A stretch of DNA of 64,000 nucleotides from Nageia nagi (Eukaryota > Plantae > Pinophyta), in NCBI GenBank assembly GCA_050084985.1, contig JBITNC010000001.1, positions 124,372,001 to 124,436,000 on the forward strand, read 5' to 3'. This document shows, piece by piece, positions 13,546-26,400 of this stretch. How positions within the stretch are numbered: position 1 is the first letter of the stretch; each line of letters begins with the position of its first letter. A program made the position numbers and the translations under genes. Under the pieces are notes generated by a model that saw nothing but the letters and a program-made list of their open reading frames with translations, was not told the origin of the DNA and did no database searches.

Positions 13546-16500
13546 AATATTCTTCATATTCTCATTGTTATTATTTTTATATAAATTCGATTTTAAATAT
13601 ATATGAATTTTATATTAACATTTTGTAATTTATATTTAAAATTTATATTAATTTTTTTTATTAGGCTGTAGGCATCCTCCTTTGAGCTTTTGAAGCTCAT
13701 TTTCAAATCCACGATTGAGAATTTGTTAGAGAGCAAACTGAACATGAAATAGTTTTTAACCTTTAGATTTAATTTTTTATTTTTTATTTTTTTTGGTTTT
13801 TTGGGTTTTACATATCCACGTGTGTTTTCATTATAGTAATGTTGCATATTATCATACTATATCTTTTAACTAATCATTTAATTGATAAATAAGACATCTT
13901 ATCTAATATAAAAAAATTTATAACAAATATTTAATGAATTAAATAATATTACAAATAAATTTACTATAATAACATGTGTTATTAATTATGAATATGATAT
14001 TTTTAAAAATGATAGTACAATATCATACTTTGAAATAGATATGAACTTATTTTTATTGAATACTTTAAGTTAGTATATTAATATTTTATTTCATTTGTAA
14101 TTATTGTATATGATATTTTTATTTGATTGAATACAATATTTTTTATTTGAATTTTAATATTTCTTATGTGATGTTATTTTAGTTTCTAATGGTATATCTA
14201 AAGAAGTGTTATTCAGTAATTATCTTATTATATACTTTAACTTTTATTTGATTGAATGCAATATTCTTTCTTGTGAAGAATATAAAAAATATTTTATTAG
14301 ATTATAGTTCTTATATGTGCAAACACATAATTAAATATTTATTTTCACAATCATGTAGGTTTGATAAAATATTTTTACTGATACTACATACTTATATTTT
14401 ACTATTATAACTATTAACTTATAACTTAACAATATTCGTTATTCTTTAATACTTTTGAAAGTAAAAAATTATTGATATGTGCATAATGATATACTTTTTT
14501 ATTTTCTTTTCAAAATATCCCTACAAATAAAGATATTTTTTCACAATTAATTTTGGATTTTTATGCTTACATTCTTGTTATTATTATTTTAGTTTTTTTA
14601 AATTATTATTATTTATTTTATTATCATGTAAATTGTTAATATTATACATAAAAGAATTTATAGGTTTTTGAATAATTGATAAATAAGTTATATTCATTTA
14701 TTTTTAGAGATTGCAGATAAGTATTTATTTTTTAAATCATACATAAAATTTATAGTAAACAAATGCATAGTTAAATATTTATGAAATAAAAGTTTATTAT
14801 AATATTATGAATTTCAACTATTACACTAGAATATGAAATTTTCATGTATTCACTTTGATAATATAGTATTTGCATGTTATTTTACTCTAGTAATTTGTAA
14901 TCATATTAGTAAAAAATATAATAATAAAATAAAGTATCCACATATGATATATCCTTTTAATAATGAATAAGGACAATCTACATAACATCATAGTGAATAT
15001 AAATTATATTTTAACTATTGAAATGTATTAAAAACCATAAATATGTTGCATCATCTTTGTATGCCAATAAATATGATGGATTGCTCCCTCAATCATTATA
15101 AGTTACAAAATTTAAAGGATTGTGCAAGAATATGGCATTACATTTCTTCAAGTATAATTGATATGGAAAAGAAAATGTATAAAATTCATACTAACTTTAT
15201 AAAACTAACAATAAAACTAAAACATGCATTAAATATAATCATAAAGTACTATGTTAAGTTATCATAATTATCTAGGTAATTAAAATTTCTAATTGATATT
15301 TTTCATTGTAAAATATTTGATTTTTTTAGTCTATATAATTATTAATATTTTTTAGAATGCTTTGATGATTATTTTGGAATTAGAATAGAATAACCTACAA
15401 AAATATATACAATAAGATTTAAATATAAACTAATGAATTTTAGAATTCATATAATCTCTTAATACAATTCTTAATAAAGAAAAGTTTTTAATGAAGACAT
15501 TCAAATATTTTAATTTTACTTATCCATAACATTCATAACACATAATTTAACTCCTGTTGATAGAAAGATATGAAGCTCTCAAAAGATATTTATTTTCATA
15601 ATGTGTATGTACAAAGTGAAAAAATTGCATTTGATAAATTACTTCTCTTGATAATAAATTTTTATATTAATTTTAAACTTCCTATCTATATTTATGAATA
15701 TGGTTGTAATATATTTTCAAGTATAATTAAGATATAAAAATATAATGTATGACAATAATGTTACCTATATAGTATAGAAGATAGATTATTATTAAAAATA
15801 AATATTACATTATAATAATATAATAAACAAGATGATTAATATGACCATATAAAAATAGGATGACTATGATTAATTTATTAAAATATATTAAAATCTTTCC
15901 ATATTATAACAGATCATCCATTATTCATTTATACCCTTGAATAACATTTTATGGAGGGCTATTAGCAATTAAAGAATGACAACCTTGTTATTATGTGAGA
16001 TATAAGAAATAAATATCAATTCTTTGATGAATATATCAATTTGAAGAGGTAGTAAAGGTTCTATGTTAATTATATGAGATTTCTTAGCTGTCATCATTTT
16101 ACCATGATATGAGTAGTGAGATATGTATAAAGAAAAATAAAAAGACTACTTGAAATCAACCATCAAATGTTATAATATTGAAATATTATATTATTAATAT
16201 GATAATGTATTATTAGATTTTTATAAAAAAAACATTATTAATATAGTTAGTTAACTATAATTTTCATATTAACTATCTCAAACTAAATATAGATATTATT
16301 AAATATACTTATTACAATATGATTGCAAATAAATACTAAACATACAATGGATTTTTGATATTTTTAAAATCTATATTACCATATGTGATAAAAATATAAT
16401 GTATGTAAATGATTAATTATTCTCTAAGGAGAAACTCAATATAGGATTAAAACATAATTCATTTCCTACACATGCTCCTTATCTAGTTGAGGTATTATAT

Positions 16501-16688
16501 TATACCTTTATATACCTTCAAATATAGGATAGCCTACAACACTTTGAATTAACCAAAAAAACTTACTTTATTGTATCTATTAAACAAAATGGAGCATGGA
16601 ACTAGCAACACTCTTTATCCTCAAAATAATATGAATGATTCTAAGTTACCATTTATAATGAAGCATTGATGTTGGAGGCTTATCCTCC

Positions 16689-16711
16689 ATATATATATAT
16701 ATATATATATA
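16689..16711. repeat. (AT)n microsatellite
   Basis: About 11 AT units. Confidence 0.9.
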
Positions 16712-19616
16712 ATTTTGTTGACATCTAAATCATATATAAAAGTTTGTAAACATAATTGAAGAGATGTATAATAATTTATTTTTTATTATTTATTTAAAAT
16801 TAGAAAAAAAAGTATATATTATAATATAGCAAAGGTTTTCTTTCTATATTATGAAGGGCATGTATGGTATTTATCGTTAAAATTGATTAATAAATGAAAT
16901 GGTACCAATTAACATAATACACTATGAAAAATGAGATACAAAAATGATTTATGCATTTCATCCATATATAAAGTTTCATGGTTTGGGTAAGAATATTTGG
17001 GGTAACTTATAGTATAAGATGTAATGCAGTGCAAATTATGTTAAAGCTATTATATTATAAACTCAATATGAGCTTAAATGGGATGGCACCATTGAACAAT
17101 CAATTGGGTAACTATGAATAATTTGTGTATGCCTACATTGAACAAAAGGTTGCATGATGATTCAACATGCAAAGTGCCAAGGGAGAGGGAAAGAGGAGAG
17201 AGGATAAATGGGATGGGAGAAGAAGAATGAAAGCATACTTACTTGGGCAAGGTCAATAGGTAATCAATAAGGCCTATGGCCTAGGGAGGGCTCTTCCATT
17301 CCACTTGGAAGGAGCCTCTTCCTAGCATCTCCCAATATGGAGAGTGCAAGTCATAATTTTTGGAAGGGGCAGCTCACATCCCAACGACCTCCACCAAAAC
17401 CAAATCCCAAAATGCAAATATTGTGGGTCTTCCATTTACTTCTTGTCTAGTACAAAGATTGTTGTAACCCATAAGTATCATTTATTTGAGGACCACATAA
17501 GTAAGAATTCAATGTCTAGTTTGGGAATGGAATGGTTTCAAGTCAATACATATTATATTCTTCTTGGTAAGTAGATGATGTATATTCCTAGGTGATTAAT
17601 CTTACATTTCATATTTGAAATGAGTAGCTACTTTAGTGTGGCCATATATCTTCAATCCCCTTTTCTTTGCCAAGGGTTCCTAATTCTCTCAATAGTTTTC
17701 TTTTCTAGTTTCTATTTTCTTATTTTTTGAGATATCTTGGAACCTACTATTGGTTGTGTGCATTTTGGAGAAAGTTGTTACACTATCGTTAGGCTACTCC
17801 ATGACTCAAGAAAGCTTGTGAGTCTAGTGGAAGAGCAACCTCTTGTGCTAACCTACCATAAGGTTTTCTGTGGATGAAGGGGAGGAGAGGGAAATTGTTG
17901 AGGATGAAGAGATCAAGTCGGGGGAAGAGAAAATATTATCCAATATAAAGATTTCAACTCAATTGCTTCTAAGGTACTTAATTTTTATTTCCCAGTTAGA
18001 AAATAATTAAATTTTTGAAGTACTTGTTGGAAACTTATTTCTTTATTAATTAAATGCATATTAATTAACTATTTTGATTATGTTATCTCTTTTAATAAAA
18101 ACATAAAACTTGAAATCAAAGAAAATAATTATTAATCTAAGGCGTACCTATTGCATAAGGTTGCAATAGCTAGTTATAAAACTATCATTAAATTTATATT
18201 AATTTATACTACAATGCATGCCAATACATTAGTAGAATCTTATAACCTTACCTTACATGTCAAGTGAGGGTAATTATGGAGCGATACATGTACAACATGC
18301 ACCTCCCATGAAAAAGTCATCTATGCCAAATCCCTGAAACTCTAAATATAATTTGTAAAAAAAAATATAAATTATAAATGGGCATTGTTCTCCTTGCATG
18401 CAAACCAGGTGGTGTATGCTTCTCCATTCTCTCTTAGTTTACAAAACATTTCTTTTCACTAGATGTAATGCCAAACTCTCAACTTTATCAATGAAAGGAG
18501 AGTTTTTATAGGTCTCTCTTACCACAAATTATAGGATGGAGTTACCTAAACCGAATTATTTGTATGGTGAATTAGCATTACATGTTTGGTCTATATCTTA
18601 TTTGATACTATGATGCATGTGAATGCATTAGTAGAATCTAGAGAACCGTACCTTACCTTTGAGCTTTTTCCTTTGTCCTATACCCCCACTTCCAACTCAA
18701 AACAAGCTCCCCTGAGTTCACTTTATCTATTGTTGTGGAGGATTAGGTAGATTATGTCAATCACATAGCTAGATTAGATTGCTTCTCCCAAGATGTGGCA
18801 TGCTCCCCTCTCTCTTTTTTTTTTTAAGTCCATGCCTATTTTAATGGTCATGTTGAGTTTTGATTCTTCCCAGCTCTCTCCTCCTATAGTGGAAAAGAGG
18901 TGTTAGGCTTGCAACCAAAGCTTCCTCGTAAGCATTCAAAAGTTGAAGCATACCAACAAAACTACTATCACTTAACCAACTTAACCATGTGGCCATTTCA
19001 GTTGAGTGGGTCTTGTATTCTAGTCGATTATTGTTTGAAACATCATGCCAAAAAATTACGTGAAATGATTAATCTAATACATTGTTTTATTTATTTTCCA
19101 AGCTTATTGTTTTGGCTAAAACTCATGTTGTTTGTTTTGGATTGTTTACACATATATCTTCCTAAGCCGTTGAGGGGATTAGTAGTTGACTAGTTAGCTA
19201 CTTTCCACATGGAAATACCAAATAATCTAAATGACAAATGCCCTTACGTTGCATTTCATAGCTTCTTGGAATGAAATGATTACCCATTACTAATTTCACA
19301 GATATCTATCATGTTTGAGTTTGAAAGTTTGCAGAGCCTAACAATTCTATGTTCATGACCAGTGTGCATGAAACTGAAGTTCGATCGAATTGTTCATTTT
19401 TCCACGAATCCATCTTACCGGAAAATACTTAGGGAGTTCTAAATATTTCTTTAAATACTTTGGGAAGTCTAAATATTTCCCGACTTAAAAAGGTTTACCC
19501 TAGGACTTTCGTCGAATATTCTTGGTTTTCAGGCATCAAGAAATTTCCCCGCCCTAAGATATATTATTTGTTTTCGCTAATCGGTCATGTAAATTTGTCC
19601 ACTTATTAATCTGGAT

Positions 19617-19625
19617 TGACGTGGC
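19617..19625 (+). promoter_or_regulatory. bZIP-type ACGT element (TGACGTGGC; ABRE/Hex-like) about 110 bp upstream of the MYB ATG
   Basis: Matches the ACGTGGC consensus; lies in CpG-retaining DNA upstream of the ATG; function untested. Confidence 0.4.
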
Positions 19626-19731
19626 GTTTCCAGTTTGAAATCCTAGTAGAAGTGATTCGTAGTATATTTTCGGGATTTCTTTCGAGGCAAATTTAATCTC
19701 GATAATAGAAAGAAAACGGAGGAGTGTCGCC

Positions 19732-20044
19732 ATGTCTCGGAGCTGCTCGCAGTGTGGCCACAATGGTCACAATTCGCGTACCTGCGTAGACAACGGCATC
19801 ATGTTGTTCGGTGTTCGACTTACGGATGGATCAGCCATGCGCAAGAGTGAAAGTATGACCAATTTGTCAAATTTATCAGCATTCCGATCAAACTGATGGT
19901 GTAAACGGGAGCAACGATGGTTATGCCTCGGATGATTTGGTGTATTCCTCCAGCGATCCCCGTGAGAGGAAGAGAGATAAATTTTATGAACATAACGTTT
20001 CATTTTTCTAGCGAAAGTATTATTTTTGTTCTAGGTATAGCATG
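19732..20044 (+). pseudogene. 5' fragment of a CCHC zinc-knuckle MYB-related (MYBS3/KUA1/MYBH-type) transcription factor
   Basis: MSRSCSQCGHNGHNSRTC...GIMLFGVRL...MRKSESMTNLS; +1 frameshift at ~19872; then ...DGYASDDLVYSSSDPRERKR; intron 19977-20034 with donor AT instead of GT; exon 2 starts G-I-A-(W) and is then truncated before the MYB domain. Confidence 0.9.
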
Positions 20045-20047
20045 TGA

Positions 20048-20285
20048 AATTGCAGTGGGGAGGAGCGAACACGAGTAAAGGCTCGTTTTGGTGAGGAAAT
20101 GCAAAGGAATTTGCGGTGGTATGATCTGGTGGCGTTGGGCATTAGAGGGGAGCTAAACAGCATGTCGGACCAGCCATTATTGTGCTGTATGCCATCGCGG
20201 GGCTTTCGGCATTTCTGCCTTCTGTTATATGGAGTTCGCGTTACCATGTTGGCTGCAGATGGTACCTTCAGCTATCTCAGAACCA
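20048..20285 (+). pseudogene. Fragment of a cationic amino acid transporter (CAT6/CAT7-like, APC family) N-terminus
   Basis: GEERTRVKARFGEEMQRNLRWYDLVALGIRG / AKQHVGPAIIVLYAIAGLSAFL / AFCYMEFA / MLAADGTFSYLRT across shifting frames; the conserved GAGVFVTTG segment is deleted. Confidence 0.88.
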
Positions 20286-20546
20286 GGACGTGTCTATACT
20301 ACCACAAAAACGTCCTTCTCGTACAGACATGTGGCGAGGTTTTTTTTTTTTTTTTACACTATGTTAAATGTAATAAACATATGTGTTAGGTGTTTATTAT
20401 GTTATGATAAACGTTAGGGATTTATTACAATGTGATAAATATCAAGGATTTTTTGAAATTCAAGATCTTGCATTTAAAATCTATTGTTTTAATCAGCATA
20501 TCATACAGCTGATTCTAAAATTCACCTTATTTCATTAATTTTGTAG

Positions 20547-20690
20547 GTATTCCACTGCATAAACGCCTGATGTTTATTGTTTGCTATCGAAAAAACAAGT
20601 GAATCCCGCAATAGTTGGACATTCAAAATTGATACAGGAGAGAGGCTATATTATGGTAGATTAGACAAATCCATCTCACAACGACTAATG
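20547..20690 (+). pseudogene. Candidate 144-bp phase-0 exon of unidentified origin
   Basis: TTTTGTAG| acceptor and |GTACGT donor; 48 codons with a single TGA; CpG retained. Confidence 0.4.
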
Positions 20691-22160
20691 GTACGTTTTT
20701 CTTAAGTTGTTGGCTGATTTTTTATATTTTCGGGTTTTTTTTTCTTTTTATTTATCTACGAATCTTAAATTGCAACAGTTAAAAAAACATAGATTAGAAA
20801 TTTTGCTTCTCGTGATGCCAGGAAACGCCTACGACGTAATTAGTATATAACTGATGTAGCATCACGCACCCTGTCAAACATTTAATAGGGCTCTTTAAAA
20901 ATATAATGTCCATTTTGAATTCGCTTCTATGATTGCTTACGTGTATACCAGCACTCTCACAACGTCAACAAATGATAGAAAATCGACCAACGCAGTCTCT
21001 AATAAAATAAAAGATAGGAATACGACTATGCGCATAATGGGTTTATTAAAGATGCTGAAAATATTTTGAAGGAAATGTATCGTAAAGACATGAACTCATG
21101 GGACTCGTTGAAAACCCTTCTTAGTCTTAATTAGGCTTATGCATTTCCTTTGAGATGTATAGAATTAGTCAAACAAAAGATAAAAGCAAAAGAAAAATCT
21201 GACCAAGCATATGCTGTTCAGTTGGAAAATAAAACTAGCTAACATTTCATACATTGTAAAATTGTTGTTTATCGTAGAGCAAAAGGAACATTTTACAATC
21301 ACTTTAAAGATAATAGTAGGAATCAGTAAGAAAATAAGGCTAGGATTAAATTGTATGAACATTGCATATCTATTTTAACAATATAGCTACACCTTTGGCA
21401 CTACGAGCATGGTATATTAAAATAGATGTAATTATATGAGGAAAGAACTTACCCTAATGTTTGGAGTTATTTTATCAACTTAAACATATTTCAAGATGAT
21501 TGCCATGAAACAATTCAATCTCTTGTTGCATCTTGGGTTTAATAATTCCATATACTATTTATTTTTTCTTAATTATAGTTAAATCACGTTATTATGTATA
21601 TGGATCTATTTGATGATAGAATAATGACATTTAATGGCACATGAGAAAGATCAAACTAGGAATGCATGTTTTTATGATTGTATGAAATATTTCTACTAAT
21701 ATGATCAGGATGTTTAGAATACCAAAAAGTTCACTACCAATATGCTTATGATGAATTATGCAAATAATGTCACTCCCTTTGTGGTTATGTTATTGTCATT
21801 ACATTCCATGTAATACACCTCTATGAAACATATTGTGAATTGAATGGTTGCCCCTTCTTATTGTTAAATATCTTCCTTACAATTGCATTTCAATGAGGTA
21901 TCTTTATAATTGAATGGCTTCCTTCCATTGTCATTACTGCATTTCATATGCTTAGATTTAAATGAGGTATTTTATCAAATAATTAAATGTATTTTTTTTA
22001 AATACTTGATTGCATGTCAATAAGGAATATTGTCAAATAGGATAATGCCTCTTTTCAGCACAAATATTGCATTCATAGGACTACATTTCATTAAGCATAA
22101 TGACATTAGCATTTATTCTATTGTTACTTCATTGTGTAGGGGTGCATTACAATGTGGCAT

Positions 22161-22283
22161 ATTATTAAATAATTCATTTTCATTTTTTACTATAAAATTT
22201 TACCATGGCTACAATACAATGTAGTATATTATTAAATAATTCATTTTCTTTTTTTACTATAAAATTTTACCACATGACTACAA
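22161..22283. repeat. Short tandem duplication (~66-bp period)
   Basis: TATTAAATAATTCATTTTC...TTACTATAAAATTTTACCA occurs twice. Confidence 0.8.
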
Positions 22284-22957
22284 CTCATTTCAACACGCCC
22301 CCTCCCTCTTTTACATACAAATTATTGTTACTTTAATCTTATGGCTACTTTGGATAATATTTATTTTCAAACTAATATGTTGACCTTCCATATGCTTGCA
22401 TATATCAAATAATATATATCATTCCCTTTAGTAAATTGTTTGCTTTTGTTGAATTTAAATGGATTTGTTGTTTTGTTAAAAATAGTCCATATAATAACAT
22501 TTCAATGAGGTTCATTATCAAGTAATTTGTTGTTCTCTTTTGGTCAATTATTATTATCATTATAATTTGTTTTATCAACATTACAATAATACAATGGGGC
22601 AAACAAATTGCTTCCTTATTTATGTATAATTTATTGCAATACAATAAGTTATATTGTTGCCCTTCTTTGTTGTTGATTCATTTTACATGACTACACTATA
22701 AAGAATAATCATTTTACATTTTGATTCATTTTACATTTGTTATCATATGTAGTGTAACAAATGAGTCAACAACAAATGACAATACTACAAATAACTTTAT
22801 GCTTAATATGGGTAACATATAGTTCTTGAAAAATATCAATCAAGGTCCATCATTTGAAGAATAATCATTTTGAATAATTACATGGGAATTATGGCCTGAA
22901 ATAAGATCAATTTCAAATGATGGTTTATATAGTTTATGAAGGTAATTTAGGAAAATT

Positions 22958-23468
22958 TGAAGGAGATAAAGTAGTCCATTATCTCCACCCAAGATCATTT
23001 TGGATGGAATATTTCACTAATATTAAGAACATATAGATGATTCATATAAGAAAACTCAAACATGTATAGTGGTTCCTCCAACTATGGGAGTACATCCATT
23101 TGAACCAACTCAAGTTCTATTATCTTAAGAATTCTAGCTATCTCTACAAATAGAAGCATATTCAATCTTTCTACAAGATTAATTTTTTCTTATACTATAA
23201 GTATGAGAGTGTCTTCCACAAGTTTATCTTACAACAAGCCCAAGTTCTCTATTTATAGGTTAAAACATTACCTTAACTCATCTTTTTACTCAAGATTTAC
23301 ATAGGTTAGAATGGACAAGTGTCATATTTGAGTGTAGGTCAAAGTCTTTCACTATTTAATCACTTTTAGGTATTAAGTGATAAAACAGGGAGTTACATAA
23401 AAAGAGTATTAATTCTTAAATACCATTTAAATACTAACTTACATAATAATACATTATATGTTCTAACA
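22958..23468 (-). repeat. 3' LTR (511 bp)
   Basis: Co-linear with 29918-30424; CTCTATTTATAGG is the reverse complement of a TATA box. Confidence 0.92.
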
Positions 23469-26400
23469 CTCCTCTTAATGTAATATTGGGATAGTAAGAA
23501 GAAGAGAATGTAAGATAGTATAAGAGAGTTCTCCTCCATAGAAAATACAATCGAAGATGAGAACTTGAGAACATAAAATTGAGATGGTTCTACAAGGTTC
23601 AACTACTTAACCATTTAAATAAATAGTTTAAAATACATAAATCCATCAATCATAAATGGTTTTAATGTACAAGTAGTATTCATTCAACAATATGTTGACA
23701 TGATGAGCCTCCATGAGCATGCATACTCGAAGTAAGTAACTTGCAATCTCTAGAAAAAATTTGCAAGTTACAAGCAACTCATAATAAGATCAATTAGATA
23801 CACTATAAGTCAAAAAATACCAAGAAAGTATATAGTCATCTAAAAATGATCCACATTATTGATAATATAAAAAATCTTTTAAAAATTTTAAGATGAAGTA
23901 TTCATTTATACTTCACTCCCCTTTAAGATCAACTTTACCATCCTAAGCAATTATATAAGTTCATATCATATAATATAGATTCATATATTCTTTTATATCA
24001 AACTAACATCATATACTAATAATGTTCCCCCTTGAGGGTAACTTCATCAAAGGAAAGACTTAAATAATATATCCAAAGGATAATAGATCCAAAGGGTTTA
24101 AATAAAATCCTATAACATATGTCTATATACATATCATATAACATGCTTATCTTAATGTAATTAAGCATCCATGAAAGTAAAATAATAGCATGTGCCTTAA
24201 TGGTAACCAACATTTGGTAATGGTAAGTGAATATGGTAAATTGTAAATAAATTATGCATGGGAAGCTTATGTAAAGTACAAAGGAATAAAGCATGTAGAT
24301 TGTAATGCTTATTGATTAGGAAACATAGAAAAATTTAGGTTAGAAGAGTCTAAACAACATTTATTGATGAGTATCAATTGAGGGCATAGTCCATTTTTGT
24401 AAACTTAGATTTCATGAGTTGATCATTTTATCAATGAAGGAAAGCAACCGCATAAGTTGGATGAGGAGTTTCTTTAGAGTTAGTCATGAGTTATAAAATT
24501 GCTCTAAGAGATTTAGAATATTTTTACATATGGATTTCATTAACCTCACACAAGATACTTAGCAAATAAACATAAAAAAATTACACATATCTTACTAATT
24601 CCTTATAATATTGTGAAAAAAAATTTCTCTTCTAGTTGATTAGATCTTCTTCATGAGGTCATCATTCTTCATTTTTTTGTCAATGAAAATGTAAATTATG
24701 AGTGATGAACAATTGTTGAAAAATTTCTCCATTAAATTTGTAGAAATAGGTGTTCGTCGAAAGAAAAAAAATTATATCATATAAGAGCACATAAGTAGTA
24801 ATATGTTTTACATAAGTAGCTAATATTTGTTAGGAAAAAATTATTAAGGAAATCACTAAGAATTTCTTTTTTCCATCAACAAATTAGGAAAAAGATTATT
24901 TTCATTAAGGTAATAATCAAATAAGGTTAGAAATATACATAATTGCCAACTTGACCAATCCACTAGTCAAGATGCATAGTCATAAGCATCATCTTAACCA
25001 TACCAGTAGTTAAGATACATAGTTTGCAAGTACCAAATATCATCTATAGATGCATATATTTTTATCCATTTATAAACATGTTCAATTGGAGGTTTAAGAT
25101 CTCCAACAACAATACTATAACATGGATAAAGAAAATTGCAATTTAACTATGCCATCTAGTCAAGATGCACAAGTAATAAACCAAAATAAAATACATCATC
25201 TTGACCATGCTACTAGTTAAGATGCATATGATGGAATAAGGTATCATTAATCTAGTAATCATGGATTCAATTTTTATCAATGGAAAAATATTGTAATGTG
25301 CAAGAAAGGTAAACCTTTTTAACCACTCCAACATTTGGAAATCATGGAGAATGGTGAACCTTTATATTTACTCCAATATTTTTAATAATAGAGAAGGGAG
25401 AACCTTTTTATCCACTTCATCCATTACAACTCTTTAGCTGTAAAAGAACATAAAGAGGAATAAATTTTCCATACATGAAAATAGATTGGCATAATTTTTT
25501 CAAAAAATATAAACATCTATAAACATGGATATAACTTTTCAATGGATAAGCATATAACTTCATAAAATGAAAAACAATCCATCAAGTTACATTACATCAA
25601 TTTATAATTACATAAGGTTTTTATATATTGCTAATTTACATCATCATTTAAGTCTATAAAAAAATATATAAGACTTAATCATTAATTATTTAATCTTTAA
25701 GATTATAATTAATATATTTAAGGTATTTATTTAAATGTTAAAAAAGTTTAACCTTAACATATATATATTTCTCATGAGGTTAACTTCATGAACAAGATTA
25801 AGTAGGCTTTGAATGCTTATCAAAGTAGTATGAAGCATTAATAATAAGGTATTATGAATATCTATTATAATTATAATATACTTTCTTGTACACCAAATCA
25901 TAAAAAAAAAAAGAATTCAATATTTATACATACAACACTTACTAAACAAGTGTCAGTTGTATACATGATTTTATTATAAATATCTTTATTTATAAAGTAG
26001 AAAGCAACTATTGCACCAAATATATGTTTAAAATATTCTTATACTCATAACCCTTGTAAAAATAGCAACTAGTAGAGATGTTGCTTAACATAGTATTCTT
26101 CGAACAACTTAAGGATTTTCATGAGGAGTAGCATTTAGATTAACAGATTTTAATTCCTCATGGAGCATAGAAAAATATTCAACCAATATTCATTTTCAAT
26201 TATCAAGATATTTCTCTCTTTCATGAGCATATCAAAGACCTTCTCTCACATTGTTCTTTTCCTTTTAAACATATCATATTTATGGTTATTAGCATATAAT
26301 TGCTTATATAAAGATTGAATTTAATGCTCTAGTGAAGAGGTATTAGCCATAATGCTAGATAAAGATCATTCCTCAACATTAGTTGGAGTAACATTAAATA

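Noticed and set aside
13600-17950. Possible decayed exons in an extremely AT-rich tract (e.g. 13665-13750, 17230-17830)
   Set aside because: Hand translation gave no recognisable family; cannot be supported without a search
19554-20247. Minus-strand ORFs over the MYB/CAT island
   Set aside because: The recognisable homology is on the plus strand; these are by-products of higher GC
23890-24040. Internal PPT-like tracts suggesting a nested LTR
   Set aside because: No second copy, termini or TSD found
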